Source: an uncultured Candidatus Saccharibacteria bacterium
Lineage (GTDB): Bacteria; Patescibacteriota; Minisyncoccia; Phycocordibacterales; Phycocordibacteraceae
Direction of reading: 5' to 3'
Length of the DNA: 64,000 bases
NCBI GenBank assembly: GCA_964398865.1
Contig: CAYNOO010000002.1
Location: forward strand, 3,588 to 67,587
Shown one piece after another: positions 57,960 through 64,000 of the stretch; position 1 is the first letter of the stretch; every line of letters begins with the position of its first letter. The notes beneath the pieces were generated by a model. It ran no database searches and was not told the DNA's origin. It worked only from the letters and a program-made list of their open reading frames with translations. The translations under genes and the position numbers were made by a program.

Positions 57960-59087
57960 ATGGAACCCCTCGCCGCCAAGATACGACCCAAGAACCTTGA
58001 TGAGTTCACTGGGCAGGAGCACCTAGTAGGAGCAGGCAAGCCGCTTCGCGTTGCGATAGAAGAGAAGCATCGTTTCTCATTCATATTGTGGGGACCACCA
58101 GGGGTTGGGAAGACGACGCTTGCACGCATATATGCCGATTCACTGGATGCTGTATTTTTTGAACTCTCTGCCGTTGCGGCGGGGAAAGACGATATTCGTA
58201 ACGTTGCGGCTGCTGATACGGAAGGCAAACCAAAAATACTTTTCTTGGATGAGATTCATCGTTTCAATAAGGCACAGCAGGATTTCCTTCTGCCGTTTGT
58301 AGAGAAGGGAGAGTTGACGCTCATTGGTGCAACCACGGAGAATCCGTCTTTTGAAGTTATTCCAGCGCTCTTGTCTCGTGCACGTGTGTTTGTTTTAAAA
58401 CCCATTGCAGAAGATGAAATGAAAGGGATAGTGAAGCGAACAGGCATCAAGACAGGTAAAGGAGCACTCGACTGGATCATCGCGTATTCGAACGGCGACG
58501 CACGAGCTGCCATAACTATTATTGAGAACACTGAGCGTTTGTATGGGAAAGTCACATCAGAAACGCTTCAAGAATCATTGCAGTCAGGGAGACTCCGCTA
58601 CGACAAGAAAGGCGAAGAGCATTTCGATACTATCTCTGCCTTCATAAAAAGCATGCGGGCAAGTCAGCCTGATGCCGCGATGTATTATCTCGCTCGCATG
58701 CTTCAGGGAGGAGAAGATCCGGTGTTTGTTGCACGGCGTATGGTGATTTTTGCGAGCGAAGACATAGGACTCGCGCAGCCAACCGCCTTGGTAGTGGCGA
58801 ACGCAGTTTTTGATGCAGTGCGAGCTATTGGAATGCCAGAGGCTTCGATAAACCTCGCACACGGTGTTGCGTATCTATCTCGCTCTAAAAAAGACCGTAG
58901 CGCCTACGATGCCCTCATTGCCGCCGGGGCAGATGCTGAAAAGACCGGCAATCTCCCCATTCCTTTACATGTACGAAATGCCCCAACCAAATTGATGAAA
59001 GAGCTTGGCTACGGAAAGGGGTATAAAAAATATAATACTGAAAGCTACCTACCCGACAAATTAAAGAACAAAAAATATCTTAACTGA
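57960..59087 (+). CDS. rarA: replication-associated recombination protein A (AAA+ ATPase)
   Basis: IRPKNLDEFTGQEHL, P-loop GPPGVGKTT, a DEIHRF Walker B and MgsA C-terminal helices. 375 aa. Confidence 0.8.
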   Translation: MEPLAAKIRPKNLDEFTGQEHLVGAGKPLRVAIEEKHRFSFILWGPPGVGKTTLARIYADSLDAVFFELSAVAAGKDDIRNVAAADTEGKPKILFLDEIHRFNKAQQDFLLPFVEKGELTLIGATTENPSFEVIPALLSRARVFVLKPIAEDEMKGIVKRTGIKTGKGALDWIIAYSNGDARAAITIIENTERLYGKVTSETLQESLQSGRLRYDKKGEEHFDTISAFIKSMRASQPDAAMYYLARMLQGGEDPVFVARRMVIFASEDIGLAQPTALVVANAVFDAVRAIGMPEASINLAHGVAYLSRSKKDRSAYDALIAAGADAEKTGNLPIPLHVRNAPTKLMKELGYGKGYKKYNTESYLPDKLKNKKYLN

Positions 59088-59107
59088 TATGATATATCAT
59101 ATCAGTT
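59080..59107. repeat. AT-rich perfect palindrome, copy 3 (ttaaCTGATATGATATATCATATCAGtttt)
   Basis: Overlaps the rarA stop and lies 57 bp upstream of uvrB. The CTG...CAG ends are faintly LexA-box-like. Confidence 0.8.
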
Positions 59108-59163
59108 TTTGAATGCGGGATTTTTAAACTCCATACGTATCGGGCTTTTGTTATACTGCATCG

Positions 59164-61248
<2,085 letters not shown>

Positions 61249-61257
61249 AGCAGAAAT

Positions 61258-61419
61258 TTACCCAATAGGTTCAGTACTCACGCTTTCGTTGACCTCTCCA
61301 TCCCAATCATCTTCCTTTTCTGCGTACCATGCCATCGGAACCTTTGTTTCAGGGGGTTTTATAAAAGCTCCTAATAGATTTGCAACCCAAGGGTTTTTCG
61401 ATTCGAAGTCTTCAAACAT
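61258..61419 (-). CDS. small acidic hypothetical protein (53 aa, MFEDFESKNPWVANLLGAFIKPP...)
   Basis: Minus-strand ORF directly downstream of a duplicated promoter-like module. Weak paralogy to 61443-61643. Confidence 0.25.
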   Translation of the reverse strand: MFEDFESKNPWVANLLGAFIKPPETKVPMAWYAEKEDDWDGEVNESVSTEPIG

Positions 61420-61450
61420 ATAGAGACTATATCGAAATCTGACTAAGATG
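61417..61450 (-). promoter_or_regulatory. promoter-like module copy A (-35 CGACAT, 16-nt spacer, -10 TATAGT, 6 nt, then ATG)
   Basis: About 27 of 34 bp are identical to the module at 61641-61674. It also contains the stop codon of the upstream small gene. Confidence 0.4.
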
Positions 61451-61643
61451 TCGCTTCGGCTAGGTAATCGCCCACTGCTTTTCCTAGCGTCTCATCCCAA
61501 ACGTCATCGAAAGGTCTTTTTCTTCCCTCTGCATCCATTTTTTTTAATACGATATTCTCGAGCCTGCGATCGTCGCCGCGCGGTATATAAACCGTTCTCA
61601 AAATGTAATCGCTTGGATTTTCTGGAGCGCCTTCCATCGTCAT
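61443..61643 (-). CDS. small acidic hypothetical protein (66 aa, MTMEGAPENPSDYILRTVYIPRGDD...)
   Basis: Minus-strand ORF. Its ATG lies 6 nt downstream of a TATAAT box. Confidence 0.3.
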   Translation of the reverse strand: MTMEGAPENPSDYILRTVYIPRGDDRRLENIVLKKMDAEGRKRPFDDVWDETLGKAVGDYLAEATS

Positions 61644-61674
61644 ATGGAAATTATATCGAAACCTGACTAAGATG
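61641..61674 (-). promoter_or_regulatory. promoter-like module copy B (-35 TTGCAT, 16-nt spacer, -10 TATAAT, 6 nt, then ATG; leaderless)
   Basis: Direct repeat of 61417-61450, 224 bp away. Confidence 0.4.
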
Positions 61675-61727
61675 CAATTACTTGGTATGGTATAGGGTAT
61701 ACCGCATTTGCGGAGATTTCGCATAGT

Positions 61728-64000
61728 ATGGCAAAGGAAAAAACAAAAGATACGCATGATGCAGACCTCGGCACTGACAAAATAGTCATACGAGGTGCGA
61801 AGACACATAACCTCAAGAATGTGTCACTTGAAATACCGCGAAACAAACTCGTAGTATTTACTGGTCTTTCCGGATCAGGCAAATCGTCCCTTGCTTTCGA
61901 TACTATTTTTGCCGAAGGTCAGCGACGCTATGTGGAATCCTTGTCTGCGTATGCACGACAATTCTTGAACCAGATGTCCAAGCCAGAAGTCGAGGAGATT
62001 ACCGGTCTTTCACCTGCAATCGCCATCGACCAGAAGAGCCGCTCCAACAATCCTCGCTCAACGGTCGCTACCATCACTGAAATCTATGACTACATGCGTA
62101 TTCTTTATGCGCGCGTAGGGCAGCCATATTGTGTGAATGATGACACTCCTATCCAGAAGCTTTCCAAGGAAGAGATTATGAAAATAATTCTTCGTACTGT
62201 AGAGGCTGTGGACTTGAAGCAGACTGCCAAGCGCGCGATGGGAGTTACCTATAATGATTTGAAAGTTCGTATCTTGGCTCCCGTCGTTGTAGGTAGAAAA
62301 GGTGAGTACTACCAACTCTTATATGATTTGCTCGGCAAAGGCTATGAGAAAGTTATTGTGGACGGCACAGAGCACTCGCTTCGCGAGAGAATTGCCCTTG
62401 AGAAGAATAAGGTGCACGACATTGATGTCGTCATCGATGAGCTTTTTGTAACTGAATTCGAGAACTCGAAAGCAGATGCGAGAGAGCGAATGTCAGAAGC
62501 TATCGAGCTTGCGCTTAAGGAATCGAATGGACTCATTAAGATAGAAAACCCACTCAAGGAAATGCGAATTCTCTCCGCGAAGTTTATCTGCCCCTTGGAC
62601 GGGTCATCATTCCCTGAAGTTGAACCGAGACTCTTCTCATTCAATAGCCCCTATGGTGCATGCCCTGAGTGTCATGGGCTTGGGACAATTGGCTTTTTCA
62701 ATCTAGACATCTGTCCTGTGTGCGAAGGCAAACGACTTCGCCCGGAAGCATTACGAGTGTTTTTAGGTGGCGGTCCGCCGAAAGACTCTGCCGTTAAAAC
62801 TAAGACGGAGGCAGCTGGGCTTAACATCGTTGATCTTACGCGTCTCTCCATACTTGATGCGAAAGATTATATCGAGAACCTGAAGCTCACTAAGAAGCAG
62901 GAAGAGATTTCAAGTGCCATATTGAAAGAGATTCTCGCACGACTCCAGTTCATGATTGATGTGGGTATCGGGTATCTCACGCTTGACCGCACGGCAAACA
63001 CGCTCTCTGGCGGAGAAGCGCAGCGTATTCGGCTTGCGTCTCAGCTTGGCAGCGGGCTCGTGGGCGCACTCTACGTGCTTGATGAGCCGACTATCGGCTT
63101 GCACCAGAGAGACAATGACCGACTGGTAAAGACGCTTCTTCGACTTCGAGATTTGGGCAACAGTATCATCGTCGTTGAGCACGATGAAGATACGATATTT
63201 TCTTCAGACTTTATTGTTGATATTGGACCTGGCGCAGGAGTGCACGGTGGCGAGATAGTGGTTGCCGGATGGCTCGATAAGCTTCTTACCGCAAAACGGA
63301 ATGACTCCGGATCGCTCACGCTTTCATATCTTCGTGGAGAAAAGCAGATTCCTGTCCCAACAGAGCGACGCACCGAGCAGAAAGGGGCACTGAAGTTACG
63401 GCAGGGAAATATCTTCAATATCAAGAACATGGATATTGATGTTCCGTTGGGGAGGCTGATTACCGTTACCGGCGTATCTGGCTCTGGAAAGTCCTCGTTC
63501 ATGTATGAGCTTCTCTATAAAAATTTGCGTGGAAAATTGGAGAGAAATTACCGCACGAATAAGTTGTACAATTGCACAAGCTTTTCTGGCACGGAGTATT
63601 TGAGTCGGGTCATTCTTATTGATCAATCATCCATAGGGCGCACTCCTCGCTCTAACCCGGCAACCTACACCGGTGCGTTTTCCCACATCCGCGACATGTT
63701 TGCGGCGACTCCTGAGGCTCGTGCTCGCGGATGGAAAGGCGGTAGGTTCTCTTTCAACGTCAAAGGCGGTCGCTGCGAAGCGTGCCAGGGCAATGGGACT
63801 ATCGCCGTTGAGATGCATTTCTTACCTACGGTGTATGTGACGTGTGACGTGTGCGATGGCAAGCGGTTTATGAAAGAGACATTGGAAGTGGAATATCGGA
63901 AAAAGAATATTCACCAAGTACTCTCTATGACCGTGGAAGAAGGATTGGAGTTCTTCAACGATATCCCCGCTATTCATGATCGTTTGCAGACCCTTTCAGA
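61728..64000 (+). CDS. uvrA: excinuclease ABC subunit A (partial, continues past the window end)
   Basis: MAKEKTKDTHDADLGTDKIVIRGAKTHNLKNVSLEIPRNKLVVFTGLSGSGKSSLAFDTIFAEGQRRYVESLSAYARQFL. Zn-finger Cys clusters follow later (CPECHGLG..., CEACQGNG). Missed by the ORF track because there is no stop in the window. Confidence 0.95.
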   Translation, partial: MAKEKTKDTHDADLGTDKIVIRGAKTHNLKNVSLEIPRNKLVVFTGLSGSGKSSLAFDTIFAEGQRRYVESLSAYARQFLNQMSKPEVEEITGLSPAIAIDQKSRSNNPRSTVATITEIYDYMRILYARVGQPYCVNDDTPIQKLSKEEIMKIILRTVEAVDLKQTAKRAMGVTYNDLKVRILAPVVVGRKGEYYQLLYDLLGKGYEKVIVDGTEHSLRERIALEKNKVHDIDVVIDELFVTEFENSKADARERMSEAIELALKESNGLIKIENPLKEMRILSAKFICPLDGSSFPEVEPRLFSFNSPYGACPECHGLGTIGFFNLDICPVCEGKRLRPEALRVFLGGGPPKDSAVKTKTEAAGLNIVDLTRLSILDAKDYIENLKLTKKQEEISSAILKEILARLQFMIDVGIGYLTLDRTANTLSGGEAQRIRLASQLGSGLVGALYVLDEPTIGLHQRDNDRLVKTLLRLRDLGNSIIVVEHDEDTIFSSDFIVDIGPGAGVHGGEIVVAGWLDKLLTAKRNDSGSLTLSYLRGEKQIPVPTERRTEQKGALKLRQGNIFNIKNMDIDVPLGRLITVTGVSGSGKSSFMYELLYKNLRGKLERNYRTNKLYNCTSFSGTEYLSRVILIDQSSIGRTPRSNPATYTGAFSHIRDMFAATPEARARGWKGGRFSFNVKGGRCEACQGNGTIAVEMHFLPTVYVTCDVCDGKRFMKETLEVEYRKKNIHQVLSMTVEEGLEFFNDIPAIHDRLQTLS

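Overview
This 64 kb window is a gene-dense bacterial chromosome segment of about 50% GC, made up mostly of housekeeping genes. It has a small-genome, possibly Patescibacteria-like flavour (short DnaX, short ABC-F, many tiny secreted proteins), but that is inference only.

Genes I can support:
- Housekeeping and repair: miaA, a peroxiredoxin, 5-formyl-THF cyclo-ligase, tRNA-Leu(CAA), an orphan parB, relA/spoT, dprA-topA, serS, an FtsQ-like protein, dus, a short dnaX, class I fba, cysS, an FKBP isomerase, tgt, rarA, uvrB and a partial uvrA.
- Nucleotide metabolism: a complete carA-carB-pyrE-pyrD-pyrB block with a convergent pyrC, and class Ia nrdA/nrdB.
- Transport and redox: two ABC exporter permease/ATPase genes, an ABC-F ATPase, an HI0933-type flavoprotein and a bifunctional gshF.
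- Defence: a type II restriction-modification pair whose C5-methyltransferase looks M.HaeIII-like (GGCC family), with a candidate cognate endonuclease upstream.
- Membrane and secreted block at 39.4-47.4 kb: a cupin, a CAP/SCP-domain protein, a YvlD-type holin-family protein, a SemiSWEET, an FTR1 iron permease, a TMEM175/DUF1211 channel and a RibL-like adenylyltransferase.
- tRNA-Gln(UUG).

Signals not explained by the gene calls:
1. A dispersed AT-rich perfect palindrome, TGATATGATATATCATATCA, in three intergenic copies.
2. A second hairpin family, AAATGTCCGNCCGGACATTT, in two copies.
3. A 19-bp duplication of the tRNA-Gln 3' end next to an AT-rich islet carrying DUF1801 and YwqK/MORN-like genes.
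4. A leader-peptide plus RBS-sequestering terminator attenuator overlapping the carA start.
5. The CxxC redox tail of nrdA sitting in a different reading frame.
6. A tandem eukaryote-like C2H2 (U1-type) zinc-finger protein.
7. Two small tandem genes with duplicated promoter modules between uvrB and uvrA.
8. Two paralogous small membrane-anchored proteins.
9. Small-ORF islets carrying Cys-rich peptides.

No rRNA, CRISPR array or clear prophage was seen.
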